A DNA stretch of 61,746 bases, the filler included, from Chiloscyllium plagiosum (Eukaryota): the NCBI RefSeq assembly GCF_004010195.1. It is 3 parts of one record of this genome, joined end to end, with 100 filler letters (N's around TTAATTAATTAA, not from the genome) between each part and the next. Parts side by side here need not be neighbours in the genome. Positions count along the whole stretch, not along the records: positions 1 to 30,898 come from NC_057717.1; positions 30,999 to 45,068 come from NC_057717.1; 1 more part is not named here. One strand, written 5' to 3'. Below, piece after piece: positions 24,970-38,855 of this stretch. The notes below the pieces were generated by a model. That model was not told where the DNA came from, did no database searches, and saw nothing but the letters and a program-made list of their open reading frames with translations. The position numbers and the translations under genes were made by a program. Within the stretch, counting starts at the first letter, position 1; each line of letters starts with the position of its first letter.

Positions 24970-25200
24970 GGAAAAAGTGAGGACTGCAGACGTTTCAGAT
25001 CAGATGCACGAAGTGTAGTTCTGGAAAAGCAGTCGGTCGGGCAGCATCCAAGGAGCAGGAGAACCGACGTTTCGAATATAAGCTTTTCATTGGGAATAAT
25101 GGGTCACATTCCTGATGAAGAGCTTATTCTCGAAACATCGACTTTCCTGCTTCTCGGATGCTGGCTGATCTGCTGTGCTTTTCCAGCAACACACATTTTT
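24970..25200. mobile_element. Older fold-back Penelope terminal-repeat element
   Basis: Inverted arms around 25090-25110; contains CTGATGAAGAGCTTATTCTCGAAACATC at 25112-25139. Confidence 0.8.
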
Positions 25201-26749
25201 ACTAAAGTTAATAGATTAGTTCGGAAGGCAGCGGGAACCGTCGACGGAGCCTTCATCATGAACATATACATTGTCAGAGCTATAAAGTCTATGGTTAGGC
25301 CAAGATGGAATATTGTGTGTAGTTCTGGAAACCTTATTACCGGAAGGATGTAATTGTATTGGACGGGTGCAGAGGAGATTCACCAGGTTTTTCCCTGGGA
25401 TGGAGCAAATCAGCTATGGAGAGAGGCTGGGTAAGCTTTGGTTGGTTTAATTTGGAGCACAGAAGGCTGAGGGAAAGGTGATTGGGAAGGGTAAGATTAC
25501 GAGGGCGATTTTCAGAAAGATTTTTACTGAAATCCTAAGCCCAGTGTGCAAAATCAAATCTTATGGGATTGTGGCGAATATTTGGACATGGTTTCAGAAA
25601 GGGACAGCTGGCAGGAGAGAGTGAGTAAAAGTTTTATGATTTTGATTTTATGACCAGGTGTATTTTACAGGATAAATATAATAAAATAGAGAGAAAAGCG
25701 TCCACGTGCTGCCTCAAAGTGGTGCCATTTTGAATAATTGAAGGAAATGGAATTAAAAAAGGTTACAGCTTGAAGAGAGCTGGTACATTGTGAGCCAGCT
25801 CCTCACCATCGACCACCCCTGCAAACGAATCCCTCCATGATAGCTACATCACTATCTACACCAGACCCCAGCAACATTGAAGATGCTGATCCTCAGGCAC
25901 CATCTTTGCCACTGGGCAGATACTCCTCCATTACCGGCTCGTTGCCCCCTGTGCGGACCAGTTCCAATGTCAGAGACATGTCTCTTACTGCTAGACCCAC
26001 ATCATTGATGTTACCATGATGGCCTTCCACTATCCGCTTCATCACCACCAGTGCAGGACCCAACCAACAACAAGCCTCTTATCCTCAGGAATCACCGTTT
26101 GCTGCTGGGCCCTATCTCACCCACGCTGCCTCTGCCGATGTAGCAGCTGCCAATTCCAGGTCCTGTACTTGCTCCGGAAAAGTAAGTAAGGACTCACTCT
26201 CCTCCACACTGCGCTCAGCTTGAGGTCCAAACCCTGGTTCCAGCTTGAGGTCAGTAAGTTACAGAGAGAAAGGTAGTGGAGAAAATAAGATAAAGGAAGC
26301 ATGTAAGAGTGCACAAGTTCCAGCAAAGCAGCCCTTGGACCGGAAGCACTGGAATAAAAGGATCATTTTATTGGAGACGTAGGCTCGTGGAGTATCTCAG
26401 GAATATGTTCTTGGGTCCTAGCTATTCGCGAACATCTCAAACATTTGGTTAACAGAATCAATTGCAATATATCTCAGTCTGCTGTAGGAGAAATGCATTG
26501 AGGAGATCCTCGGCCATGTTGAGAACGTGGAGGCTCACTGTGTTGAATGACATACTCCTTTCCTGAGGTTTCTGTGCAATCTGTGGGAATGCTCTGTAAA
26601 TATTGTCACAAGCTCTCAGATGTTAGGAAGGAGGACTCTGCAGGGTCGACAGGACTGTGTTTCCCATTCCCTTTTCCGATATCGAGGCTGGTGCCGGGTG
26701 TTCTGCCCGGGTTATCCTTGAAGACCTCGGAGCAGTTTGATATAATTCA

Positions 26750-27850
26750 GTGTCTTGCTTGGCTGTTTCAGAGACCATTGAAGAGTTTATCACATGTCTG
26801 TGTGTCTGGAGTCACGTTTAGGCCAGACCAGGAAAGCACGGGAGATTCACTTCCTGAAAGTACATTGGAGAAGCAAATTGGTGGTAACAATCGACATTGG
26901 TTTCACGGTCATTGTTATTGACACCAAATTTTAGACCTCGACATTTTATAAGTGCTTTTAACTTCCACCAGCTAGAGCATTTGTTTGTTCTGGGTTTGTA
27001 ATCCAGTGACATTTCCACAACAGCACCAGTTTCACATGGGGACCTATAGGCAACCACACTGAGCAGGTAATTTTTGTGCTGCTTCAAGGCTCTGTCAAAA
27101 GACTTCCCACCCATTTGACTGTCGTAATGGAGTTGAGGGGGTGATATTAGTCATACTGTAATTATTTTCCTCTTAAGGGACTTGTCATAGTAATTTTCCA
27201 CATTTCCAGGTAGATGTCAGAATGGGAAATGGAATGAAATACCTTCCCCAGGGACAGGGCTTGTTGTACATTGCCTATGTCGTACCTACTGTGTTCAGTT
27301 GCTTCTTCATGTCACATAGGGCGAATCAAATTGTTTGAAAACTGTCATCTGTGATTCTGTGGGCATCCTGGCAAGGTGAGTTGAATCATAAATTCAACAC
27401 TTCTGGCTGAGTATGGTGTAGATACGATTCCTTGTCTACTTTCCTGATGTGCAGGGCTGTTCCATTGTTTAGGATGGGGACATGTGTATGACCCTGTCCT
27501 GCAGTGAGTTGATTAAACCATTTATGACTGGGTCTGGCAGAACTGCTGAGCTTCGATCTGATCTGTAATGCTTTGTATCATTGCGCCCTCTCTATCAGAT
27601 GTTTGTTCTGCTGTTTGGAATGTAACCATTCAAGTGTGGTATCTTTAACGGGTTGTCATCAGTTTTAGGGGCACATGGTTCTGACCCTGGCATGTTTACC
27701 CACATTCGTCAGTGAACCATAGATCAGCTTGATGGTAATGGTAGACTGAGGGATTATCTGGGGCAAAAAGTTACAGTTTTATATAATTCTGCTTCTGCTG
27801 TTGCTGTGGTCAACAGCACCACATGGAATACACGGTTTGAGCTGCAATAT
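26750..27850 (-). mobile_element. tRNA-derived SINE (~26750-27030) and adjacent decayed LINE fragment
   Basis: Minus strand starts ggtgctgttgtggaaatgtcactggattacaaacccaga and contains cctggtctggcctaaacgtgactccagac; recognised from memory as a common shark SINE. Confidence 0.55.
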
Positions 27851-28279
27851 CTCTAATACATTTTTGCTGCCTGTTCCCCAGTTCACACCGAGACCCATTC
27901 ACCCATCAGCCATGTGCTCAGTGACCTACTCTGGTTTCTGATGTGGTACACGTCCAATTTTATATTTTAATTCCATTGAGGGTCTCTCCATGGTGTCACA
28001 CTTACAGTTTGTCTCATTCTTCAACACGTTTTAATATATTCTTCTGAATCCTTTCCCTTCCAGTATGTGCTACCTTCTGTGTTCAGAGTGAATACATCTC
28101 CCTCTGTTTCTCTCCCTAAGAGTAAGAGCTCTGTAGTGTCAATGATGCCAGCCTTACATAGTTTCAGAACCAATGAATTTGTGTATCTTTTATTATCTTG
28201 CACTTCCCAGTATATGGCGCTCAAGGTTGGACAGGGGGTTTGAGCAACGTTGACACACATCTTTGAAACGTGTTGAAAA

Positions 28280-30035
28280 ACAGAAATTGGTGGGAATGTT
28301 AAACAGGTCTAGCAGCATCTGTGGAGTGAAAGTAGAGTTAATCATTGGTTCCAGTGATCGTTCTTCAAGGCTCACAGATTCTTTTTTTGTTCTGGTTTCA
28401 GCTTTCCGGTATCAACAGTTATTTGTTTTATTGAAAATGTGTGTTGTTCATTTCTGGAGAACACAGCAGAACGGGCAGCATCTACAGAGACGGAGAAATA
28501 GAGTTAGCGTTTCAAGGCCTGTGTGACACTTCTTCAGAACAGAAAATCACCGGAAAAAGGGCTTTTTAATCTCTTGCCAGAGGTAGTGGAGGGGTGACGG
28601 GAAACAGATGGTGTGGAGGTGCAATGCCACTGACGAATGGACTTTTGTTTGTGGTAAAAGAGAATCAAATGTAAAATGAGTATACATTCGATTGCAAAGG
28701 AGGGAATTGGGTTCCTTAATTGAGTGCAAGACAAACGATTCACAAACAGGGCACGTTTATTGAGAGACCAAGAGAAGGAATGTATGAAGGTTTGAGAAAA
28801 GCCATAATAGCCTCATGCTGTGAAGTTATGGAATTGAATACTAACTCCTAAAGGCTGTAACGTACGAAAGTGAAATGTGAAGTGTTACTCGAACCTGGGT
28901 TGTGCTTCATTGGAACATTGCAGCTACCCAGGACTGAAATGTTAGCATGAAAGCAAGGTAGGTTATTGAAATGGGAAACAATGAGAGGGTCAGGGTTATT
29001 TGTACAGACAGAGTGGGAGTGTTCCTCAATGCAGTCTCTGTTTGGTCTCCCCAGTATAAATGAGATTGCATTGTGAGCAGCAAATACAGGAGACTGGATT
29101 GAAAGATTACAAGTGAAATGCTGCTTCTTCTGGAAGGTGTGCGTTGGTTGTTAAGAAATGAGGAATGCGTTAGCAATCTTTTCAAATGTCCAAATATATT
29201 TCTTCTTATATGTAGACTTCATAGTCCCACAACTTGGAGAGAGTAAGTACTACAGGTGCGAGAGGCCAGAGTTAATAAACTTGGAGCTGGATAAACACAG
29301 CAGACCAGACAGAATCAGAGGAGCAAAAAGACAATATTTTGATCTTGGACCTTTTGTCAGGACTGGTGAGGTGGATGGGAGCCCAGAAATGGAGTGATGG
29401 GATATGGAAGGGCGAAGGGTAGGCATGATGGTGGTGTATACATGCTAGTATGAGGTTACTGTGATTGGTCAGTGGGAAGGGTGGAGCAGATATGTGAGTG
29501 AGAAGATGGACTGGTGGGTCTGGTTAGGGAGAAGGGATATGGGATAAGGCTGCGTGTGGAGAGACTTTGAAGCTTCTGCAATCAATATTGAGGCCATTGG
29601 GCTATCAGTTTCAAAGGGAAACTCTCAGGTGGTGTTCCTCTGACAATGGACAGGCTGAGGATGGGCATGTCCCCGGACGAGTTGGAGAGGGAAATAAAAT
29701 GTAAGGTAACTGGAAAGTCGGGTTGGTTGTTGTGTGCAGAGCACTGGTGCTCCATACAGAGCCTGCTTCTGCACCACCAAGCACGCCTCCAACTCCCGAT
29801 ATGGTCTCCTCTCTATCAGGGAGACCAAAGGGAGATTCAGCGACATATTAATGGAGCATCTGCTCTCTGCACGCTTTAACCAACCCTACATCCCAGTTGC
29901 CATTCAATTACTCCCTCACATACACCCCCCCCCCCCACCCCCTTGTTCAGCCAGCAACAGGTCCATCCTTGGCGTCCTCCACTGTCAGAGTGAGGCCAAA
30001 TAGAATCTAGGGAACACCACCTGACCTTTCAGCTT
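28280..30035. mobile_element. Cluster of decayed Penelope fragments in both orientations
   Basis: Minus-strand GIY-YIG relic CICCSQCNLIYTGETK near 29040-29115; plus-strand YGLLSIRETKGRFSDILMEH in ORF 29734-30003; terminal-repeat pieces near 28280, 28450 and 29280. Confidence 0.75.
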
Positions 30036-30832
30036 AGAACATAGAACATAGAAGAATACAGCGCAGTACAGGCCCTTTGGCCCTCGATGTTGCGCCGATC
30101 CAAGCCCACCTAACCTATACTAACCCAATATCCTCCATATACCTATCCAATGCCCGCTTAAATGCCCATAAAGAGGGAGAGTCCACCACTGCTACTGGCA
30201 GGGCATTCCATGAACTTACGACTCGCTCAGTGAAGAACATACCCCTAACTTCAGTCCTATATCTACCCCCCCCACCTTAATTTATAGCTATGCCCTCTTG
30301 TAATACCCGACTCCATACGCGGGAAAAGGTTCACACTGTCAACCCTATCTAACCCCCTAATCATCTTGTACACCTCAATCAAGTCACCCCTAAAACTTCT
30401 TTTCTCTAATGAAAACAGCCCCAAGTGCCTCAGTCTTTCCTCATACGATTTTCCTCCCATACCAGGCAACATCCTGGTAAACCTCCTCTGCACACGTTCC
30501 AGTGCCTCCACATCCTTCCTATAGTATGGCAACCAAAACTGCACACAATATTCCAGATGCGGCCGCACCAGAGTCTTATACAACTGCATCATGACCTCAG
30601 GACTCCGGAACTCAATTCCTCTACCAATAAAAGCCAGTACGCCATATGCCTTCCTCACCGCACTATTTACCTGGGTGGCAACTTTCAGAGATCTGTGTAC
30701 ATGGACACCAAGATCCCTCTGCTCATCCACACTACCAAGTATCCGACCATTAGCCAAGTACCCCATCTTTTTGTTATTCTTCCCAAAGTGAATCACCTCA
30801 CACTTAGCTACATTGAATTCCATTTGCCACCT
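30036..30832 (-). mobile_element. Young CR1 3' portion, same subfamily as 5620-8020
   Basis: ORF 30263-30823 is nearly identical to the C-terminus of ORF 6561-7745; same tail (tagaacatagaacatagaagaatac). Confidence 0.97.
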
Positions 30833-30898
30833 TTCATTATTGGGATTGTATTATAGACCCCCAATAGTCAGAGGGAAATTGAGAAACAAACTTGTAAG

Positions 30899-30998
30899 NN
30901 NNNNNNNNNNNNNNNNNNNNNNNNNNNNNNNNNNNNNNNNNNTTAATTAATTAANNNNNNNNNNNNNNNNNNNNNNNNNNNNNNNNNNNNNNNNNNNN
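30899..30998. other. Artificial scaffold join (N44-TTAATTAATTAA-N44)
   Basis: Exactly 100 bp with a six-frame-stop 12-mer; repeated identically at 45069-45168. Confidence 0.95.
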
Positions 30999-31919
30999 GC
31001 CCATGGACGCACTTATGTTCTTAGTTATTTGTGATTTTTACAAACTCTCTGGGCTTTGTGAACTTTATATGTTGCATTGCAATGTTATTGACTGTACTCT
31101 TTTTGGTCACGCCCCTCGTTGCTTTTCGCTGATGACATATTGAATTCTAACTATCTGTACTTTTCAAATTCTATGACACCTTTTTATACAAAGACAATTG
31201 ATTCTGTAATAAAACTCGCACTAATAATAATGTTTATGGTTCTTTGTATTGTTAACGATTTTTAGCTCGTCAGACAAGATATGCGTTTACCTAGTCAGAC
31301 AGAATATGCCCGGCATCTCTTTACTGTTTTGCAATTATGTTGAAACCTGCCACTTTGATTATGCAACGAATCGTTAACTAGAACTTATTTATATTTTAAG
31401 TAATTTCAAAGGCAAAACTAATCTCTACAGTTTCATTTGGGGCAGAACACATCCTCAATGAGACGCGAATGAAATATACTGTTTTGATTTTTCAAGTTTA
31501 TTAAATTAAAATTTCATTATTTCTTCAGCGTTGTGTAACAAACCTTCGATATGTTTCGTTTCCATCGTCTTTACTGCTGTGTTTGCATTCTTTCGAATCT
31601 TGTAAATCAGGTAATGTTACATTTTGCCTTGTAGTAATTCTGGTTTTGGAAAAACAACTTTTTGCCACTTATGCTAAAGCAAGTTTTGTTTTTAGTTCTG
31701 GTAATTTGGTATCTCCCAAAATCAGGCAGTTGAAGCAGGCTTTTAAATTCCGGCCGATTTACATCTCCTAAAAACAGGTAGCTCCACACTGACTCTGATC
31801 TGCCCGTACAGCTTGTAAACTAAACGTTTTACTCTACTCAGTTATGTGTGACAATAACAAAAACAAATCAAATAATCTGTTAGTGAGGGATAAATTATCA
31901 CAAGACGAACAGACTAGAT

Positions 31920-32595
31920 CTGTGCTGTGCAGCCTGCCAGATCCGGTCAAGAACACTGATAGATGAATCAACAACACTTTGGAGAGTGCTCCACAAATAT
32001 CCTCTTCCTGTACAATACAAAGGTACAGAAGCATGTCAATGTAAAAAGACAAGGCTGAAGCATCTGCATGGAAGAGAGTGATGCTCGAAAAGCACACCCG
32101 GTCAGGCAGCATCCGAGGTGCACGAGAATCGAGGTTCAGGCAAAAAGCCCTTCTTCATGGAGTATCTGCAGCATCCTTAGCCAGAAGTGTTAAGTCGATG
32201 ATCCATCTCAATCTGATCCATCATGATGCCCACAGAATCGCAGATGCCAGTCTTCAAACAATTCGATTGGTTTGCACGTGATATCAAGAAGCAGCTGACC
32301 ACAGTAGACACGAAAATGACAATGGGCCTTGACATAATTCCTACAATAGGACTGAAGACTTGCACTGCGCAATAAGCCACGCCCCTGTGGAAAATGTTTC
32401 ATTCCATCTCCAACTCTGACATCTACATGTCACTGTTAAAAGTCAGCTGACCACAGTAGACACGAAAATGACAATGGGCCTTGACATAATTCCTACAATA
32501 TGACTGAAGACTTGCACTGCGCAATAAGCCACGCCCCTGTGGAAAGTGTTTCATTCCATCTCCAACTCTGAGATCTACTTGTCACTGTTAAAAGT
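31920..32595 (+). mobile_element. LINE ORF2 fragment with a Penelope terminal insert (~32075-32160) and a 152-bp tandem duplication
   Basis: DIKKQLTTVDTKMTMGLDIIPTIGLKTC (decayed KAMGPDNIP..VLKTC); duplicate units start at 32292 and 32444. Confidence 0.75.
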
Positions 32596-33796
32596 TACTC
32601 ATCTTTCCTTTCCCCTAAGAGGAGAGTAATTAAAGTACCCTCTCAGTCACCCTCTCAGTCCCATAACAATAGGCAACGTAATTGAATTTCTCTTTTACAG
32701 AGCTATAAATCAGCACAGCCATAATTTGATCAGTGTGTTTCCGGTAGGCCTTCATGTGGAAATGGTGCTGTTGCAGAAATGTCACTTGATTATTCTTTTT
32801 CCCGCCAACAGTGTCACATGTACCCACGCCGCTCTTCATCTACACGTATTTGTCCATTCACTGCACTTGTATCAATAATATTGGAGCTTCTTTATATCTT
32901 TCTCGCCCATTTACAATCCGAGTTTTCTGGCATCAATAGTTTTGGAAAGATTGCCGTTGACATCCTCAATCAAACGATTGTTATGTATTGTAAACAGTTA
33001 GCTTCGACCATTAATTCCTGGAATATCTCGCTAAACATTGCTTTCCACTTCAAAATTAAACTGTGTATTCCGCCTCATTGTTTCCTGTCAGCTCTCCCAT
33101 CACAATAGATTTCAGTTTATCTGAGTCAGGTACAGCAGATTAGACTTGGGACTTGATCAAAATGTACTCTGAACATCCAAATCTACTGCGCCTATCATTT
33201 TCATTGATTGATTTACCATTCAGTTTCTCAAATGCAATTCGCCTTTAATAAATCGGCATTGACATTTTACTATCAACTTGTTTAAAATTAATTAAACGTT
33301 CAAAGCTCCCTGGTATTGCATCCTTATAGTCGACGTTTTCATTATGCTGACTGCTTCTTTGCTGCTTTCCATGTTGTCTCCCTCCCTTCTTTATAAATAG
33401 TGGAATTACAGTTCCTTCTATCAATTCTGTCAGTTCAACACCCGAGTCATCTCGAATTTGGAAGACGACAAGTATTCATTACCACCATAACCACATCCTT
33501 TTGTAATCAATAATATAGAGTACCAGTTCCAGGGGATTTATAGATTTATTGGATTTTAATCCTAATAATTTCCCCAAAACTGTTTATTGAAAGGTTTGAT
33601 TCTATTTTGACTTTCTCAGTCCACCAATGTTTGCTCGGACTGCTACAAAGCGTTTTTTTTAAAAATGTTTTCTGCAGAAAACAATAGAAATAGTTGCTTC
33701 ATAGCCCTGCCATTTTCCTGTTTTCCATTCTCGAGGTTTAGGCTGTCAGGATGCTGCAAAAATAGTAACTACAGTTTCACATTTGTATACTATTTT

Positions 33797-33930
33797 ATAG
33801 AGTCATAGAGTCATAGAGATGTACAGCATGGAAACAGACCCTTCAGTCCAACCCGTCCAAGCCGACCAGATATCCCAACCCTATCTAGTCCCACTTGCCA
33901 GCACCCTGCCCATATCCCTCCATACCCTTC
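33797..33930 (-). mobile_element. CR1/HE1-type 3' tail
   Basis: ATAGAGTC repeats followed by the reverse complement of the conserved 3' UTR. Confidence 0.85.
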
Positions 33931-34404
33931 CTGTATTTGGAAGCGTTTGCAATTCACTTTGTTATCATACTCTTCTGAAACCTAATAATCCCTAGCGTGA
34001 AGCTGTTCAATGATTGAGCTTCATACAGTCATTCAGTCACAGAAGCATCGATTTTGTACTGTCACCAGTACAATATACATTAGTCCTACTTTCCTACATG
34101 AAGCCCATGGCCGTCAATACTCTGACACGTCAAGTGCTCGTCCAAGTATTTTTTAATGGTTGTAAGGATACCCGTGACAACTACCCACTCAGGAAGCGCC
34201 TTCCAAATACCATCTGCTTGATAAATAATCCTCAAATTCTCTCTAAACCTCAAACGCTTCACTTTGAAAGCGTGCTCCCTTGAGTATCAACGGAATCAAC
34301 GGTTACTGAAATAAAGCAGGACAATGGTGTTTAGAAATTTACGAGACAGAACTGATTGGTGGACACGACCCTATGGGCTGAATGGCCGAATGTTTGCTCC
34401 CATG

Positions 34405-37400
34405 TGTTACAACACTGTGACGAACCTTTCTGTTAATTAAACCAAACAACCAAAAAGCTTACCCTCCCCTTGTAATGCATTAAGATATGAGTGACAGAAA
34501 ACTGCCAAGTTCCAATATTTAAAGAAAATGGCATCGAAGTATTTCTTAACTCTAAAAGTCAACAACTATGCAAAAATCTAAGTCTCCTTTTCTCTTATGT
34601 TATGAAGTTGAAGGATGGGTCTGTCTCTTTAAGGGCAAGTCAAAGCTTACTGTATGACTCGGCTATCGACGAGTTCCTTAGGCAACCTATCAGTAACATT
34701 AGACGATGGGTCTGCCTGAATCCCCCTGTGTAATCCATACCACATGAGGAAATTTATTAACTCCTCTAACACCCTTTTTGTCTTAATATTCCATAGTAGA
34801 ATTGCCTCCAGAAATCTGGTAGACACATCCATTGTAGTTAACAAGTACTGGTTCCAACCTTTAGAATTTGGCAGGGTCCCTACACAGTTAATGACAAATG
34901 TTCTTGAAATGTGGGAATTGGCAGCAACACTGCTTCTTCTATTACTATCTATGGTTTACCTACTGTTTGGCACGGATGACACATATGGCAAATGTTAAAC
35001 ACATCCTTGTGCATTTTAGGCCAATAGAAGTGCTGTTTTACCTTAGTCTGAGTTTTGCTCACACCGAGGTGAACTTCCAACTCGTAATACATGTGCTACT
35101 TGTAACACCTACGGTCTGCATGCGACCAGAGACGTAATCTGTTGTCTATTTCTCATCTGCATAAACCTACCGTGAACTCAAATTTCGCCTTATTATTCTA
35201 CCTTTAAGGGAATAGCCCTCAGGAATTTATTTGGCTTCTGTTTCTGACTATGCATCAATCCATAAAACACTGAGTATCTCTTCTTTCTGTGGTACCACCA
35301 GCAGTTTTTCAGGGCTTAACATTTCTGCCTGGTTCTCTTCCTGTTCAGGTTTTTCCTGAATTAAGACATCCAACAAGGTGTCCGCTAACTAAACCTTTTC
35401 GTTTTCCTCTTGAAATTTTGCTTCATGCTGTGATTTGTGACAGTGGGGTCGTGTTTCTGCAAAGTCTGGAATAAACGTATAGGATATTTTTCTTTTAACT
35501 TCCTAATTCACTGATCTTCGTTTGGCTTCTCCACAACAAGGAGTATCCCTCTCACATTGTATCCTGCTAAATCATTCGTAAGAACAAACTGCATTTGTGG
35601 CACTGAATCACTGTTCAATCAGTCCGACTGTTAATTTCCCAGGCTTTAGCTGGCATTCCAGTCTGAACTTATATTCAGGAACATTGCATTTCTGTCCATC
35701 TGCCCCAGCATTGCCATTATCTCCGAGAAATAGGTAAGACGAAGACCTATTTTGCAGTGTAAAGCAACTCTCGACTTTTCTTGGCGTTCCTTTACTACTT
35801 TCAGTGATGACACTGGCTTAGCCTCTTTTACTGCATCTTTTTTCTCAAAGCGCCTTTCTTTCACGACGGGCACTGAGAATGTGACCCACTTTCTGAAAGT
35901 GAAAGCACGTTTTCTCAGTGCCTTTCTTAAACCGCGAGCACTGTACTCTTCTGAGCGCCATTCCAGTACAGTGAAAGAACCTAAGGCCTTTCATCTCCGT
36001 TCCACCCTCGTGTGTTTCTTGACAACCCGTAGCAAACAATTACCAGTCTTTTCTTCTCTTTGTTTCCGAGTGCATGATTCCCATTCTCCTAATTTCTATC
36101 ACTCACAGGATGAAATTCCTGCCAGAAGCTAAACTTTGTCATATGCACCAACATGTAATCACCTTCAATCTCTGCAGCTCTTCTGTTCATCCACGTGAAT
36201 TCTTATCATCCCTAGGAGTCTTATTGTTTAAAAAAAAACGAACTCCTTCAGCAGAATAATCGCCCTTCGAGCAAAATAGGTCTTCGTCTTACCTATTATT
36301 AAGGCCTGCACACATCTATCAAATTGACAATGTTTAGTTCTTTCTAACACAACATGGTCTGACCTGGTTCCTTCTTTATGTTTCTGAACGACTTGCCTAT
36401 ACGGCTCTGGGTATCAATACATAAACACTCAAAATAGCCTTTTGACATCTGCATAATTTCTTGACCCCTCACTTGACAGCATTGCAAATACCTCACTCGA
36501 TCTGCCTACCAGCATAGTCTGCACTAGCATTACCGACAAGTTATCTGACCACACCATCTGCCCAGTTATTTTTTCAATAGAAATAAAGAATAATTCTACT
36601 TGTTTCTTATTAAATTGTGGTAATACTTCGACAAATTTGAACATATCACTAACGTCTGTCTGCATCTTCATCCTATTAACGTGAATTTCCTGATTATTTT
36701 GCAAATTCTGAAGTTTAAATTCTCTCTCCTTTCGTTTTATTTTCTCTCTTTTTCTCTCCTTGGCCAGGTTCTTTCTGTGTCTCCTTCTTTTCTTTCTATT
36801 TGTTCAGCTAAGATCCTTCTCTCTGTTTACGTCTCTCTCTTCTCTCTTCTCTCTCTCTCTCTCTCTCNNNNNNNNNNNNNNNNNNNNNNNNNNNNNNNNN
36901 NNNNNNNNNNNNNNTCTTTTTTTGTCCCTGATTAAACCCAATTCCAACATATGTGCTTAGGCTAAAAGTATGGCCTTTCTCTGTCTTTCTAAACCTGCTG
37001 GGCAAATTTGGAAATCATCCTCAACCCCCAAAACGTCATAGCAATCTTAAGATCCACTTCTCTCATTTTGATTTAACCAAAAACAAGTAACAAAAGATCT
37101 AGGATACCATTTGACAAGTATTTAAATCTGTCTGAATCTTTCCTAACTCAAATCTATCCAAAGCTCAGATTGGACCTCTCTGAACCTGACCGAATCTCGG
37201 ACCCGAGCTCCCAAAGTGTTAAGACTTGGCGGGGAACTCTTCTGTTAATTAATATGAACACACAGCGAAGCTCACCTCGCCTCGTAATTTGCTAAACTAT
37301 AAGTGATAATGAACTGCCAAATTGGACTTTTAATGAAAATGATATTAATTTATTTTTTAACTCTAAAAGCTAACATTAAACAACAGGTAATCACAACTCT

Positions 37401-37430
37401 AAGGCACGCTTTTCCCTTTATTACTTATTA
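34405..37430 (-). mobile_element. Second decayed Gmr1-like Gypsy LTR element
   Basis: Related LTR ends at 34405 and 37217; degenerate tRNA-Pro-like PBS at ~37195-37213; gag DMFKFVEVLPQFNKKQVELFFISIEK (36429-36704); integrase core LTTMDVSTRFLEAILLWNIKTKRVLEELINFLMWYGLHRGIQAD (34647-34844) with no RT recognised between gag/PR and integrase. Confidence 0.85.
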
Positions 37431-38855
37431 GAACATAGACCATAAAACCGCCCTGCAGAATCAATTCGCAGTCCATCTATCCTACACTATTCCATTTACA
37501 TCCATATGACTAAATGTGCTTAAATTTGGCGAGTCAACTAATTTTGCAGGAAGTGCATTCCATGCCCCTACTCGTCTCTGAATAAAGAAACCACCTCTGA
37601 TATCTGTCCCAAATATATCACCTCTCAGTTTAAAACTACGTCCTCACGTGTTAGCCAGCGCCATCCGGGAAAAAAGGCTCTTCCTGACCACCCTATCGAA
37701 CCCTCCGATGATCTTCTATGTCTCAGTTCAAGAAAACAGCCTCAAGTCCCTCTGCATTTCCTCATAAGACCTTTCCTCTATACTAGGCAACCTCCTGGTA
37801 CATCTGCTCTGAACCCTCTCCAAAGCTTCAACATCCTTTCTATATTGCAGTGACCAGTTTTGCACGAAATACTCCAAGAGAAGCCGAACCAGAGTTTTGT
37901 ACAACTGCAGCATGACCTCGTGGCTCCGAAACTCAATCCCTATTCAAATAAACACTTACATACTTTATGTCATCTAAACTACCCGATCAATCTGGGTGAC
38001 AACTTTAAGCGATCTAAGTATATGGATACCAAGATCTCTCTGCTCATGCACACCGCAAAACTCTTACCATTGGCCCATTACTCTTTTCATGTTGCTCCTT
38101 CCAAAATGAATCACCTCACGATTTTCCACATTAAACGCCATTTTTCACTCTTCGACCAGCTGTGCAGCTGATGCGTGTCCATCTGTAACCTGCAACATCT
38201 TTCAGCACTAGCCACAACTCCGCTTATCTAGTGTCATCTGCAAATTTACTAACCAATTCTTCTACGCCTTCATCTCGGTCATTTATACCACTGACAAACA
38301 GCAGTGCCTCCAAAACCATGTTGTACACAACAAGTAACTGAACTCCAGGATGACTTTTTCCCAACAACCACTACCCTCTGTCTTCATTCAACTAGCCAAT
38401 GTCTGATTCAAACTATTAACTTAGAGTCAACCTCATGTCCCCGTATTTTGTGCATTAGCCTACTGTGGGAAACCTAATCAAACACCTTGCTGAAATCCAT
38501 ATGCACCACATCAACCATTTTCCCCATTCAGCTGTTTGATCGCCATCTCAAAGAACTTAATAAGGATTGTGAGGTATGACCTACACTTCACAATACCGTG
38601 TTGACTAACCATAGTCAACTTATTCCTCTCTGAAAGATTATAAAACCCAGCTCTTACAAACGTTTCCAGCATTTTACCAAGAACCGACGCAAGGCTCACT
38701 TGGCTATTATTATCAGGGTCGACACTATACCCCTTCATGAACAAGGGGATAACATTTACTCTTCTCCAGTCTTCTGGCACTATTCCTGTAGACAATGGCA
38801 ACATTAAGATCAAAGACAAAGTCTCTGCAAACTCTGCCGTTTTATTTGCCCTCAC
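37430..38855 (-). mobile_element. Decayed CR1 RT to 3' end
   Basis: LQLYKTLVRLLLEYFVQNWS...KDVEALERVQ; TGIVPEDWRRVNVIPLF. Confidence 0.9.

Larger units (their letters stand above)
22545..25510 (+). mobile_element. Old, long CR1 ORF2 relic(s) with nested Penelope inserts
   Basis: ENPKMFSTYINQNRITRKQLGPIRDQ; LPDDWRTTNVVPHYRK...ENFKPVSIRSV; gtaccacaggggtctgtgctg (VPQGSVL). Confidence 0.8.

Noticed and set aside
25700..26350. GC-richer block with Pro/Ser-rich ORF 25837-26019
   Set aside because: No motif or exon structure I can support; probably an unclassified interspersed repeat.
30943..30954. TTAATTAATTAA palindrome (also 45113-45124) as a biological site
   Set aside because: Centred in exactly 100 bp of N padding twice; an assembly linker.
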